Source: Eledone cirrhosa
Taxonomy: Eukaryota
DNA length: 64,000 bases
NCBI GenBank assembly: GCA_964016885.1
Contig: OZ024741.1
Span: forward strand, 49,538,001-49,602,000
Direction of reading: 5' to 3'
Of this stretch, positions 26,051-39,689 are shown one piece after another. The notes under the pieces are model-generated. The model ran no database searches, was not told the origin of the DNA, and saw only the letters and a list, made by a program, of their open reading frames with translations. A program made the translations under genes and the position numbers. Position 1 is the first letter of the stretch. Each line of letters starts with the position of its first letter.

Positions 26051-26405
26051 TTTCACAAAATTAAAACTTTAAAGAATGTTTCTAGTCTACCGTCTGCTGT
26101 TTTTAAACGAATATTTAACTCCATTCCTGCACCAGTCATGGGATAAGACATTTACGATGGATGATTTGCATAACATCGATTGTTTTAATTTATTGTATCA
26201 TTGTTTACTAACCTGAATGACAAGATCTACCCATTGGTAAATAACAAAACATGAATTGTATATATATATATGTGTATATACTTCAACGATATTACATTGG
26301 TGTGTGTGTGTGTGTGTGTATGTGTATATATATATATATATGTACTTCAATATTATTACATTAATAATCATTGGTGTATGTATGCGTATACACACACACA
26401 GACAT

Positions 26406-26459
<54 letters not shown>

Positions 26460-26464
<5 letters not shown>

Positions 26465-26551
26465 CAAAGGAAAATGAGACTAGAATGTGTCTAGCATTTA
26501 TATACATATATATATGCTAGGCACATTCTAGTCTCATTTTCCTTTGCCTAT
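26460..26551. repeat. Near-perfect 38-bp inverted repeat centred on a short TA run
   Basis: ATAGGCAAAGGAAAATGAGACTAGAATGTGTCTAGCAT and its reverse complement with 1 mismatch. Confidence 0.9.
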
Positions 26552-27719
26552 TTTTTTCTTCCTCTTTCCTTTTCCTTTCTTAGTGAACACTCACTGTTAA
26601 TATTAAAGGTAGTTATGCAAATAAATGCATAATCTTCTACCAAACATCCCAGGCAAAACTGCAATATTTTGCCATCCATAACTTAAGTATGCTGTTAGGA
26701 CTCCTTTTAAAACATGTCAAATAATTCTCTTGCTCTCTTTTTCCATCTTTCTACTTCCACACACTCTCTTACAAGACTCTTGTTAGTTCACATTCTTTTT
26801 TTTTTTGAAATGCTATCATTTCTATCTTCTTCAGTATAAAAGAATTATTTTTGTACTTGATGCTCTTGTTTATAACTTTCTTTTTTTTCTTTGCGTTATG
26901 TAAAAAGAATGAAGCAAAACTAAATATTTATTTAGTTTTAGTTTAGTCTGGTCTTTTAATGTATTTTCTCTCCCATCTATATCTTTTTCTTTCCTTTTTA
27001 AAATTTTTTCTTCATTCTTTTTCTTTCCCTTTTTTATGTTTTCTTTTCTCTGGCTTATATTTCCGTTTATTTTCCTTCCTTTCTTTCTCTCTTTCTTATC
27101 CTTTTTGCATCTCTCCACCTTTTCCTCCTTACCCCACTCCTTATTTCTTTGATTTCTCTCTTTATTTGCCATATTCTTCTATTTGTTTTTGTTACTACTT
27201 GTTCTTCTGTCTACTTCTTCAATCACTCTCAAGTTCAGCAATTGTTGTCCATATGGATGATGTGTGCTAATGACTTGCTGGCTCTACATGGTACTATCCT
27301 TTGAAAACTACTGAACAAGTTGGAAACTGGAGAAAGTGAGCTTTAGCCAAACAGACCCATAGCTAAAATAATTGCACTGAGGAAGTAACCTTGCTTAGTG
27401 AGTAAGAATGGAATAAGACAGAGGTCAATGGTTTGTTGTAAGAGAGTGCAAATAGATGCAGGTGCACTGGAGTAGATAACACCATGAATAGCCATGATCT
27501 CAGAACCAAGGGATACTTGAATGACCTTGTGGTAAGTTGTTGTTTAGCTGCCTTAGCAGACATATGATCAGAGGCTTTCCAACTGTGACCATCCTGTCTT
27601 TTTATAGGTGTCTAAGACCTTATTATTTAATGTGCTCATTAATTATTTTAAATGACAATGTGTGATTTAAGGGAAATATAGCTGCTAATTCTAGCATATA
27701 TATATATGTATATATATAA

Positions 27720-30171
27720 AAAAATCCGACAACCACCTGATCACCTATAGATCAGGGGAGCACTCTAGTCAGATAGATTTTATCCTCATCAGAGGACGTG
27801 ACAGATGGACGGTCGTAAACACAAAAGCCTTCCCTAGTGAGGAATGTACATCCCAACATAGCTTAGTTGTCAGCGACCTCACAGTCAGAACTAGACGAAC
27901 CTGGAAACAGAGGCCAACCTGGAGAAGAAAGATCTGGAAGCTGAAAGACGCCTCAACCAGTAACAGATTTAAAGATATTTTACTCAACGCCTACAACAGT
28001 AAAGAAGAACAGATAGAGACATTCAATGTAGAAGAGAACTGGGAGTTCCTAAAAAATAACTTACTAGAGGCGACGGATGAGGTCTGTGGCTGGAGTAAGA
28101 CCTCAAGCAGGAGGAGAGTGACTTGGTGGTGGAACAATAAGGTAGATGAGGCAGTTAAGACCAAGAGACAGACATGGAAAGAATGGAAGAATGGGGGGAG
28201 CAGGTTACATTACATAGAGACCAAGAGGGAAGCTAGGTGACAAGTATACTTAGCTAGGAGGGAAGCAGAGGATAGAAAATTCAAGCATGTTTTGCAACGT
28301 GAGGACCAGAAACAGGAGGTGTTCAAGATTGCGACACACGTATTGTTAACCAGGTAATACTAGAAGGTGTCATACCAAAAGATTGGTGCAGTAGCATCAT
28401 TGTCAACTGCTACAAAGGTAAAAGTGATGCACTAGATAGAGGAAACTATAGAGGTATGAAGCTGATGGACCAGGTCATGAAAGTAACAGAAAGAGTTATA
28501 GCACAGTTGATTAAGGACCAGGTGAAACTAGACGAGATGCAATTTGGGTTTGTACCAGGAAGATGCACCACTGATGCCCTCTTCCTTGTCAGGCAGTTAC
28601 AGGAAAAGTACCTAGCTAAAAGTAAGCCACTCTACCTAGCATTTGTCGACCTTGAGAAAGCCTTTGACAGAGTTCCACGTGCTGTAATCTGGTGGGCTCT
28701 TAGAAAACTAGGAGTAGATGAATGGCTTGTGAAAGCGGTACAAGCCATGTATAGGGGAGCAGTCAGCAAAGTTAGGATTAGCAATGAGTATAGCGAGGAA
28801 TTTAGCGTACAGGTTGGGGTCCACCAGGGCTCTGTTCTTAGCCCCCTCCTGTTCATCATAGTCCTGCAGGCAATAACAGAGGAGTTTAAGACTCGATGCC
28901 CATGGGAACTCCTGTATGCTGATGACCTCGCACTTATAGCTGAATCTATGGTAGAACTAGAGAAGAAATTCTAAACTTGGAAGCAGGGACTAGAAAGAAA
29001 GGGTCTCAAAGTCAACATGACAAAGACTAAGGTCCTTGTAAGTAGACGAGAAAACAGAACCCAGATCCCTCAGGGAATTGGCCTTGCTCAGTATGTAGGA
29101 AAGGTGTAGGTAGGAACTCTATTCTCTGCCCCAAATGCAAACAATGGGTACACAAGAGATGTAGCGGGATCTCAGGAAGCTTAATTAAGAATGTAGGCTT
29201 CACATGCAGCAGCTGTGCTGGGACAGCAAGCAGCAAAAAGCCACAGGAAACAAGTACCACCAATCTCTGGGAGGGCTCTGTAGAAACAGTAGACAGCTTC
29301 TGCTACCTAGGTGACCGAATTAGCAGCGGAGGTGGGTGTTCAGAAAGTACAATAACTAGAGTAAGAATGGGATGGAAGAAGTTTAGGGAACTACTACCAC
29401 TGCTAGCTGCAAAAGGCTTCTGCCTCAAAATGAAAGGCAGACTGTATGATGCGTGTATCCGAACAGTGATGTTGCATGGTAGTGAGACCTGGGCGCTGAA
29501 GGTGGAAGACTTACGTAGATTAGAGAGAAACGAAGCCTGCATGCTCCGATGGATGTGTAATAGTAATATACGCAAACGACAAAGCATAAATGAATTGAGA
29601 GAGAGACTGAGCATAAGAGGAATCAAATGCTGTGTGCAGGAGAGGCGGTTGCGTTGGTATGGACATGTGATGCGTATGAAGGATGACAGCTGCATAAAAA
29701 GGTGCAGAGCACTAGAAGCCGATGGAAACCGCGGAGTGGGGAGACCCAAGATGACCTGGGATGAGGTGATAAAAGCCGACCTTACCCAATTACACATCTC
29801 AAAGGCGATGACACACGACCGTGACCTCTGGTGTCACGCAGTAATACAGAGTACCCGACCTCCCATGGGTACAAGCTGAAGCATATAGACAATATGCCCC
29901 CACACCCCCCACTGCAAGGTGGTCGAGGAGGTGCCACGGCAAAAAAGCACCCAGCCCACACTGTAAAGTGGACGTGTAGGCGCCACGAAAAAGCACCCAG
30001 CACTCACTGTAAATGAGGTTGGTGTTAGGAAGGGCATCCAGCTGTAGAAATCAAGCCAAATCAGTTCCTGTATGAGCAAGGCATGGTCAGCCGACCAGAC
30101 ACTACACACAACAGGACAACCCATCTAACCCATGTTAGCGTGGAAGAACGGACGTAAAATGGTGATGATGA
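27720..30171 (+). mobile_element. RTE subfamily B copy reaching the APE C-terminus; stops, frameshift and about 310-bp internal deletion at about 28335
   Basis: QIDFILIR and SQHSLVVSDL APE motifs, WWNNKV, RT motifs, (GAT)n tail. Confidence 0.93.
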
Positions 30172-30759
30172 TATATAGGAAAATAGTCAGGACCCCGACA
30201 GCTGAGCTCCGGCCGTTTCGACCGCTAAATCCACACTAACATATGTATGTGTGTGTGTGTTCTTGTCTGATGACATTGTGATAAACAGGCAAACTCCAGA
30301 GTAACAAGACTCTCTGCTTAACCTTATAAGATGAATATTAAAACTCTACTCTTTCTCTAAGCCGGCAATCACACACGGATGTGCATGTGTGTGTATGCAA
30401 GTGTGTGTGTGTGTGCAAGCACATACACACACTGATGAACACACACATACACACTCTTCCACATAGACATATATTCCCAAGATTCTCTCTGCCACTATCA
30501 ACGATGGGCCAACACTTTCTTTCCCAATATATTTTGCTTAGATTTCTTTAATGTGTAATTAACAACAAAGAGAAATTACAGTTATGGCAGATCAATTAAA
30601 AGCAAGTCCAACTAACATTTGTTTGTTTTCCTTTTGGTCATGTGATATAACATCTGCTTTTTCCATTTAGTCACATACACTGTTTCTGTTTTAGTGTGTG
30701 TCATTTATTCAGAATTTCCCTCTCTCTCTCTCTAGCAGTGCATGCCTTCTCCTTCCTCC

Positions 30760-33020
30760 TTCCCCACTCACCCTCCCCATCCTTTTGGCACTTCTTCACC
30801 CACCAATCATTATCCATAGGCATTACACATGCCCAAACCAACACAATCCTCTCTCCTGCACAATGTACCTGATTCCTCTTCCTTCCAGCTTTTCTCTCAG
30901 GCCATCCACACTTCAGAGCAAGCCTGCTTCATTTCTCTTCAGCCTTTGCATATCCTCTACATTAACTGCCTATGGAACATTGTACCTCACACACAGACAT
31001 CATACAGCCAGCCTTTTGTTGTCAAGAGAGATAGTAGTTCTCTGAAATTTCTCCCCTGTTCTGATTCTAGCTTCTTTGCTCTCAAAGCAACCTCCTCCGC
31101 TGCTAATTAGATCACCTAGATAGCAGAAGCTATCAACTACTTCTATGGATCCTTCCTGGGATTGGAAAATTTAATTTTACTGATATTCTTACAACAAACT
31201 ATCCGTGCATCTGATACATAGAAACTTTACCTTTCTAATAATCTGCCTGCTACCCCACTACACCTTGTATACCTAAGATTTCCAACACATAGAGTTTCTA
31301 TATACTCATTTTAAACATATTGATGGGATCAGGGTCCTGTTTTCTTTCCTACTTAATAAAAGTTTGGCTTTTGCCAAGTTCTCTCTCAACCCCTTTGGTT
31401 GTAAATTCTATTTTTACAGTCAGAACTTATCCTCTCATTCTTCAGTAGATTTAGCTATAAGAACTAGATCATCCACATAAAGAAGTTCCCATGGACAGTC
31501 AGTCTTAAACTCCTCTGTTACGACTTGGATAACTATGAACTCTTACCTGAACATTGAATTCCTCACTAAACTCATTACCTACTATCATTTTACTTATACA
31601 CCTCCATACATGGCTCACACTGTTCTCACAAGCCATTCTTCTGTGCCTAGTTACTTTAAGGATCACCAGATGACAGATTGTGGTACTCTGTCAAAGGCCT
31701 TCTCTAGATCAAGTGTTAGATATTGTGGCTTGCACTTCGCTAGGAACTTCTTGTTGTTTTCCCACTATGAAGAGAGCATCTGTGGTGCTCCTTCTAGGCA
31801 CAAAACCAAACTACATTTCGTCTAAAGTGATAGGAAGCAAAATACTTCCAGTCACTTTCCATCAGTTTTATGCCTCTGTAGTTGTTCCTTTCTAGAGCAT
31901 CACCTTTTCAATTGTTATAGTTAATGAGTATACTTCTATGCTTGTCATTGTGTATAACCTCATCATGTATTACCTGATTGATTATGCTGAGTGACTACTT
32001 TGACCCCTACTACACCAGATAATTTCACCATTTTTCATCTTGATTTCTTCTTTGATCCTAAAACTGTTAATTTTGATAACTGGTCCCTCTGTTGTGTCAG
32101 TGGGAGGTAGTTTCTCTTCCTACCACTTATACTCTGCATTCATCCACCTCTCATAATAGCATTTCCAGGCCTCTTTTGAGTGTCAGTCATGTTACATGCA
32201 TCAATATCACTTTGAACACACTTTTCCCTAACAACATTCTATTTTTCTCTGGTTAACTGTTTCGTGATGCAGAACACCTCATATTTCTGATCCTTACATC
32301 ACAAGACATTGAGAAGCCTCCTGCTTTCAGCTTCTTTGTGTGTTATGTATATATGCTGACTAGATTTTCTTTTAGTAAGCTGGTACTGATCTTTCCTACC
32401 CCCATTTTTCCAGTCTTTTCACACTTGTCTCTTCGCTTCAACTGCTCTATCCAGAAAGCTGCTCTATCACCAGGTCGCCTTCTGTCTGTCCGGTGCTTGC
32501 TCTAGTCACAAGTTTCATTAGTAGCTAGTAACTTTTCTAATAAAATCTTCCAATTGTCTTCTATGCCATATGTATGTACTGCCTACCCCCTCTTATATTA
32601 TGCACCACAGTTTTCTGAACCTATATTTAGCTTCCACCCTCTCCATCACCAGATTTTCCTGCATTTCTTGTTCCATTTTGTGCTTATTCTGATGTCACTA
32701 ATAACTAATTTATGTTGTGTTGTGTATTCTTCTCCAGGAAAGACTTAACATTTATGACCATCTGCCTATCCTGTTTTCTAAGAAGTAAGAAGTCAAACTA
32801 GCTTGTGTGTTTGCCTGATTGGTATGTCATCAGGTAGCTGACCAGCTTCCTGCAGTTAGTGCTGCAAATTGTTAATTTGCATCACAGAATTTGAGGAAAC
32901 TTGCAGCCTCATCACTTCTGAAGCCATAACCATAGCCACCAGGTCACCAGCTAGGAGGACGAGGTCTCTGTTATCTGTAACATAGGTTGTCTATAAAAGT
33001 TTCTCATAGAAATGGTCTTT
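30760..33020 (-). mobile_element. Decayed older RTE (APE to RT C-terminus)
   Basis: Reverse-strand remnants of [37 protein letters not shown]. Confidence 0.8.
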
Positions 33021-33032
33021 TTCATAATATAT

Positions 33033-33240
33033 ATACACAAGGGTAGGCAAAAAAGTCTATAGGCTGACTATGGAATGATGCTAGGGCTGTAAAATCTTGC
33101 ATGCATTAATTTCAACTCTTCTTATTAACTGCATTGTTTTTTTCTAGGGACTATGTTGAAAAATAAACCTTATTTGGTCATTCCATGAGAGTATCTCGTT
33201 CAGCCTATGAACTTTTCAGCTTATGATCTTATCAGCCGAC
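33033..33240. mobile_element. Tc1/mariner-type MITE
   Basis: Ends resemble TACGAGGG..AAAAGTTCATAGGCTGAC; inverted copy at 43870-44073, partial copy at 49457-49510. Confidence 0.65.
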
Positions 33241-33243
33241 TCT

Positions 33244-33297
<54 letters not shown>

Positions 33298-33639
33298 TGT
33301 GTGTATGTATATATTTGTGTGTGTATGTATGTATGTATGTGTCAATATATGTATATGTGTGAATGAATGTATATATATATGCATGTATGAGAGTATATGT
33401 GTCTATATATGTGTGTGTGTACACACATATATATATATATATAGTCAGACATACTCTCAATGTAGCATTGAGAGTGTGTCTGAAGACACACTGTAAAGAG
33501 AAACACAGACAAGGGAACACAACTATAACAACAGTAGTCGCTGTAATCAATAAAACTGATCATATTGCCCTTCAATACAATGGTGGAACAGACAGGACAC
33601 AACTTTAACATTTATTGATGGTAGCTCTACTAGTTTTAT

Positions 33640-33830
33640 TACTACAATTGATACTACTACTACTACCACCACCACCACCATTACCTCTAGTACTACCACC
33701 ACCGTTATACTACTACTACTATTACCTCTACTACTACTACCACCACCATTACTACTACTACTACTACTACTATTACCACTACCACTACCACCACCACCAC
33801 TACCACAAGTACTACTACAACTACTTTTAC
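33640..33830. repeat. (TAC/CAC)n trinucleotide repeat
   Basis: Directly visible. Confidence 0.92.
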
Positions 33831-34047
33831 AGTTATATATCTTTGTGCTGTTATTGTTTGTGACTTGAATGTAATGGCAGTAGTGTTGGAACATAAAGTG
33901 AAATTCCAAACACTATTTGGTTTCATCTTTTTACATTTTGAGTTCAATTTCAACTGCAAACTTGATTTGAGGGGTTAAACCCCTTAAATCAAGTTTGCTT
34001 ATTTTCTCTTTTCATTATGAGTGGTAGATCTAATCCATTGTCTAGAT

Positions 34048-34363
34048 CAGAGGTCCCCAACCACTGGGCCTTGGACTGGTATCAGTCTGTGGATCATTTG
34101 CTACCGGGCTGCAAAGAAATAATTAACTTGTTTAAAATGATATAATACATAAATTGAATATTGGACTTTAATTCCAAAAGATTTTAAATATTCAATATTC
34201 ATATACTCAATACACTTTTACTTCCTTTTAATGAATTGCTATTTTTGTTATTGCTCTCTTTATTGAAATGTATTTAAATAACACACATTTGCAACTATGG
34301 GTCCACGGAAAGATTGTCCAGCATGGAGTTGGTCCATGGTATAAAAAAGGTCGGAGACCACTG
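34048..34363. mobile_element. hAT (Charlie-like) MITE
   Basis: TIRs CAGAGGTCCCCAAC / GGTCGGAGACCACTG; degenerate 8-bp TSD GTCTAGAT/ATATAGAT. Confidence 0.75.
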
Positions 34364-34509
34364 ATATAGATTAACATCACCACTTCCTGGCCTTTGGGTG
34401 GCTTTAGTCAGGTTCATCATCATCATACATCTATTTTACACGTTTACATGGATTAGATGAGTTGCCACCCAGAAATCTAAAGAAATATTTCATTTTAATG
34501 TACCGTATG

Positions 34510-34765
34510 TTACTGTGTTGGACTTATGGTCATAATGTCATGGGTTTGATTTCTGGTCTGGGTTGTATGTTGTGTTCTTGAGCAAAGCATTTCATTTCAT
34601 GTTGCTCCAGTATACTAAGCTGAAGACGAGTACCAGCAATAGTTGGGGGTTTAACCCTGCGATGGACTGGCATCCTGTCTAGGGGAAGTCCTGTACTCTG
34701 TCGCTTCACGCCATAAGACTGTGATGAGAACTAACTTGATGAGCCTCTTGGCTTGAGACAGACAT
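34510..34765 (+). mobile_element. Decayed tRNA-derived SINE
   Basis: GGTTTGATT B-box-like sequence, CTTGAGCAAAGCA..TTGCTCCAG core, AACCCTGCGATGGACTGGCATCC. Confidence 0.6.
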
Positions 34766-35506
34766 GTTACCATAAGTAATGGAATACCTCACAGGCACAT
34801 AAAAATGCATGATCAAAAGAGATAAAGGATTTTATTTACCAGATGGCTGAAGAATTGATGAAGTGGATAAAAGTGAAGTACGTAATAAAAGTTTAAATTT
34901 CAAATGAAATTCCTCTTAAACTCTTTAAAATAACATAACTTGTAATATCTTAGAAAGGAAATATTTTTTTAAACTCCTTGTTTCTGTTCAAACCATTGTA
35001 GACATGGATATAGTTCATCTAATGTAGTCAACTGAAATTTAAAATGAATGAAATATCTTTCGAGAATTAACCAATTTGTTTTGTTCAGTGAAATATACTA
35101 TAGAAAATATCTTATCAGATGTATTTAAAATATTGCTTATAAACAATCTACATGAAAATTGATTGAAATATTCTTAAATTTTGTTTCTTAAAACAAAAAA
35201 AATTATAATACTAGAATCATTATATGTTCACATATATACAGACTTGATGTTCTTTACAATATATTTGAATGGCAATATTCCTCTGTATGCTTGTGAATAA
35301 ATTTGATGTATGCATTTGTTTTTACGATTGCAGACCATGAGTCTGTGTTGATAATGTCAGGAAAATTCTGAGGAAAATTTATGATTCTATATGTTGTTCA
35401 TTTTAAAATATATTCGTGGACTGACTGGTGGCATTTTGGCATTTTTAATATTCAAGACTTTTATTTTCTGAACCTGAATTGAAATATATATATATATATA
35501 TATATA

Positions 35507-35691
35507 TGATTCCCAGGTTCAATCGGGGGTAACTATAGTAAGTAAGGTACTCAATACATTAGTAGAGTGTAAACATCAACTGTAATATAGAAATGGCTTC
35601 TACAGGACTAGAACTGTTTCATTCAAAAGAAATCATCGGGGTTTTCCTGATGATTTCTTTTCAATGAATCAGCTCTAGTCCTGTAGATGTC

Positions 35692-35697
<6 letters not shown>
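35507..35697. mobile_element. Fold-back pLTR-like module: about 109-bp palindrome with an HHR-like core on each arm
   Basis: 35589-35697 palindromic; CTGATGA-TTTC(TTTT)(G/C)AAT-GAA(A/T)CAG; left flank shares GTACTCAATAC..TAGTAGAGTG with 9838-9864. Confidence 0.55.
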
Positions 35698-35749
<52 letters not shown>

Positions 35750-37055
35750 GTGATCAAACTCCAGCTGGTGTGGTCAACTTATCGAGATTCTTGAAAACAT
35801 CACCCGGATAACTGATGGCGGCTCATGGGTGGATGTTGTTTACCTTGACTTTGCTAAAGCTTTAAATTCTGTGCCACACAAAAGGCTTATGGCAAAACTC
35901 TCTGCAATGGGTATGAAGGATGATCTTTTTAACTAGTTGAAGTCCTTCATTCTCAGTCGAAGAGAGGTAGTCACGGTTCTATGACAGCATTCCTCACCAT
36001 ATGAGATGTCATCTGGTGTACCACAGGGATCTGTTCTTGGCCCCCTTTTGTTTGTGGCATATATTAATGATATAGATGCCAACTTAAAGAATGCCACAGT
36101 ACTGAAATATGCAGATGACATCAAGCTGTACCTTGAGATAAATAGGACAAATCCTAAACACTATAGATCTTGCCTGCAATCTGACCTGGACACAATGGAT
36201 CACAGACTGGCAACTCAAGCTAGCTGTGGACAAGTGCACCACCATGCATTTTGGGAGTAAAAACCCAGCGTCCACATACTCTCTCCACAATACTAATATC
36301 AAGAAGTCTTCTTGTGAACGTGACCTGGGCATTACGGTCAGCGATTTGCGTTGGACGAAGCGCGTCTCTAAAATTGTCAAGAAGGCCGAGGGTGTCTTAG
36401 CATCACTCAGCAAGACTTTTGTGAGCCGCTCTCCAGCTATCTATTTAAAGCTGTATATAGCTATGGTGTGGCCACACTTAGAATTTGCATCACCAGTCTG
36501 GAACCCCTATCTTGCTCAGAACATTGACCGCCTGGAAACTGTTCAGAGACGTGCAACCAGGCGAATACCCTCCATCAGGCATCTACTATACTCTGAACGC
36601 CTTACTTCTTTGGGCATGGATACATTGAATCTCCAACGTCTGGCAACTGACTTGGTAAACACCCACAAAATTATTAACCATCTTGCCAACAACAACCCAG
36701 AGTACCTTTTTGATTTCCATGTGTCTAACACACGTGGGCATGCCCACAAAGTCAGAAAACAGCACAGTTCCCATGACTTTCAGAAACATTTTTTCACGCT
36801 CAGAGTTGCTGAAGCAGGGAACAAACTACCTGCATCAGTTATTAGCTGTCGAAACACTGCATCCTTTAAAACTTCCATGCTTCCTGAGATTCGCCAACAC
36901 TACACCTAATATTCCCCCTCTATACACATACACACATGTATATCATGACTCATACATTATTCACTTCACTGACATTTGTATATTATTCTATGTACTATAC
37001 ATGCACCTTTGATGAGTTGTAGTGCACCTGAGCACTTTACACAATAATTTCATAA
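35750..37055 (+). mobile_element. CR1-clade LINE, 5'-truncated, decayed
   Basis: VDVVYLDFAKA, SGVPQGSVLGPLLF, YADDIKL, ERDLG, HLEFASPVWNP, TRGH, FF..RV; 3' UTR shared with four other copies. Confidence 0.9.
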
Positions 37056-37389
37056 TTATTATTTTATATGTAGAATTTCTAGTTTTCCCAAAAATGTTTT
37101 TGTATGATGTGAGGAGGTATATTTGAGTAGAATATGCTTCAAGTAGTGAATTAAAGTACTGTTTTAAATGATAATGTACAGGCAACTTAACAATATAGAT
37201 ATTTGAATGCAATTATTAGTAAATTGATCAATGAATATGAAAACATTTCTTCTGCAACAAGAAAAAAATCTCAGTGCTAATAAATATTTCAGTTCTAAAT
37301 AACTGACAAATGTAAAATAAAATGTAAATGTTTACTTCTACATTAGTATTTTGCTTGCTTGCATGTCTGTAAAGTTACATTGTCACACG

Positions 37390-37700
37390 TCATCATCATC
37401 ATCGTTTAATATCCATTTTCAACACTAGCATGGGTTAGACGGGTTGTACCATTTGAGGTCAAATGGTACACACAGAACTTGCTCACACAGAACTGTTTCC
37501 AACTTTGTTTCTACAGCTGGGTGCCCTTTCTAACACCAACCACATTTACAGTGTGCGCTGGGTGGTGGTTTTTGCCATGACTTCTACATGACCACTTTAC
37601 AGTGTGGGCTGGGTGCTTTTTGTTGTGACTCCTACATGACCACTTTACAGTGTGGGTTGGGTACTTTTTGTGGTGACACCTATACGACCACTTTACAATG
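37390..37700 (-). mobile_element. RTE 3'-tail with 3-4 tandem units of about 44 bp
   Basis: (CAT)n, conserved tail, repeated GACCACTTTACAGTGTGGGCTGGGTGCTTTT. Confidence 0.8.
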
Positions 37701-38053
37701 TAGAAAATGTTATCAGTCTGATAGATGAGGTTTACTTTGAATCCATTATTCTAAGATGATTTGTGTTTCTTTAAATAATTGAATCTCTGCTAAACCTATT
37801 CTATGTCTCAGCCTCTTCCACTCTTCATATTATTCACATTGTAATTTATCTCTAAAATTACCACATTTAGAAAGCTGTGTTAAGTTCTTGTCATTCTTCT
37901 CCTCTTTCTCGATATTTCTTCCACCTGTGTTGTCTATAGTCCACAAGCATACTGAATTGTTTGACATTACAATTAAAATCTTTTTAATAAAACAAATTTT
38001 CTGTAAACATGTTTGCTTATTTTTCCTAAATATTCTTTTATTTTTATTTCCAG

Positions 38054-38352
38054 GTGTTCATATTAAAAATGCTATCTCAGAAAAATTCCATACGATTTCT
38101 GTGGATGCAATTTTACCTAAACCTAAAGATCTTCAAATATCATTGGTTGATACTGAGTATCATCAGCCCTCATGTGTCCCAAAACATGTGGAGCAAAATT
38201 CTAAAACAGCAATGGTGGCTGTTTTCCCAAATCACTCTGAAACATTTGAAGCTTCTCTCTCAATTGGAACAAATGTCACTTTTACATGGTTCTTCTCAGA
38301 TACAAGCCAAGTGTATGAATACCACTCACTTACTGGACTTGATTCTCTCAAA
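38054..38352 (+). CDS. Probable internal exon of a host PKD-domain (polycystin-1-like) gene
   Basis: Polypyrimidine tract + CAG acceptor at 38053, GTAAGC donor at 38353; open frame VHIKNAISE...FEASLSIGTNVTFTWFFSD resembles the PKD motifs V.V.N.IS and G.NV.Y.W.FGD; non-repetitive. Confidence 0.7.
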
Positions 38353-38730
38353 GTAAGCTTTCTTTTTAATCAATGCAGTTTTTTTTTATTTTTGCTTTTT
38401 TAATATTTTAACAAATTATTATTTATAATGTGGAAAGATATAAGGCTAAAGAATGCAAAATGGACTGTAAGATGAAGGTAAAAAAAAAGTAAGTTACCTG
38501 GTAATCTTTCTTTTGCTTTGTTTTGTTTTTGTTGTTGCTTCTGTCGTCCAAATATTTCGGGACTTATTATTATTTATTTATTATTTTTTTTTTTGTTTAA
38601 ACTTCTGACAAAACTAAATCATATTGCAACAATAACAGAAATATTAAAACTAACTAATGGCAGTTTGGATAATTTGTTGTGCTTAAGAATCACTTCAATA
38701 GTAAAATCTATAATATATATATATATATAT

Positions 38731-38990
38731 TTCACACTCACAGTTGCTGAAGCATGGAACAAACTACTTGCATCAGTTATTAGCTGTCGAGACACTGCAT
38801 CCTTTAAAACTTCCATGCTTCCTGAGATTCGACAACACTACACCTAATATTCCCCCTCCATACACACGCACACATGTATATCATGACTCATACATTATTC
38901 ACTTCCCTGACATTTTTATATTATTCTATGTACTATACATGCACCTTTGATGAGTTGTAGTGCACCTGAGCACTACACAATCATTTCATT
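38731..38990 (+). mobile_element. CR1 3'-end fragment
   Basis: Near-identical to about 36793-37045. Confidence 0.9.
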
Positions 38991-39689
38991 CATTCATATA
39001 TACTCACAGTCTTGAAATCATAAGCATTCTCGTGGTGAAAACAATCCACACAGTGAATGAAATATATGAAGCATAGAAGTTATGAGTAAAAACAGTGAAC
39101 TGATAAACAATTTTTGATTACAATAAGAAAAGATGAAATTCAAACAGCATTTACGATAAGATTGAGATGTGATTAAAGATTGTTAGAGACAGACTAACTC
39201 TTGAAAATATCAAAAACAACCTGGAAACGTTACTAATGATATTATTATGAGTGAAATGATGGCTATTTTGATAGATGTTATCTATTTCAAAGGGAAATTT
39301 GTAGAAGTTCTGAAGAAGACAATCTACAATTAGAATTCTATGTGTTAGCACCATTGTAAATTTCAAGAATATAGCAGGCAAAACCTCTCTTTAACAAATA
39401 TTTTCTATTTTCAGTTTGTAGCCCCTAAGAGAGTTGCAGCTAATAAGTTAAATAAACTAAGTGTAATAAAATCTAACATGCTGGTTAATATGCTGAACTT
39501 ATCATTTATGAGATGTTCATGATGTGCTGTTCAGGAGCTTACAATTTTAATTCAAAATTCTGCCAAGTTTAACTTAATTTTTCAGCTCTTTGAAATCAAC
39601 CAACGAAGTGTTTCTAACATTGATAAGAGTTTTGACCAATCAATTTGATAAGATATAAGCCTATTAGTAGGAACAATTTGTCACACTAG

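Noticed and set aside
35334-35400. Splice-acceptor-like TTTACGATTGCAG
   Set aside because: All three downstream frames hit stops quickly and there is no clear donor
37550-37700. Repeat-spacer-like pattern resembling CRISPR
   Set aside because: Contiguous 44-bp tandem units of the RTE 3' UTR with no unique spacers; eukaryotic context
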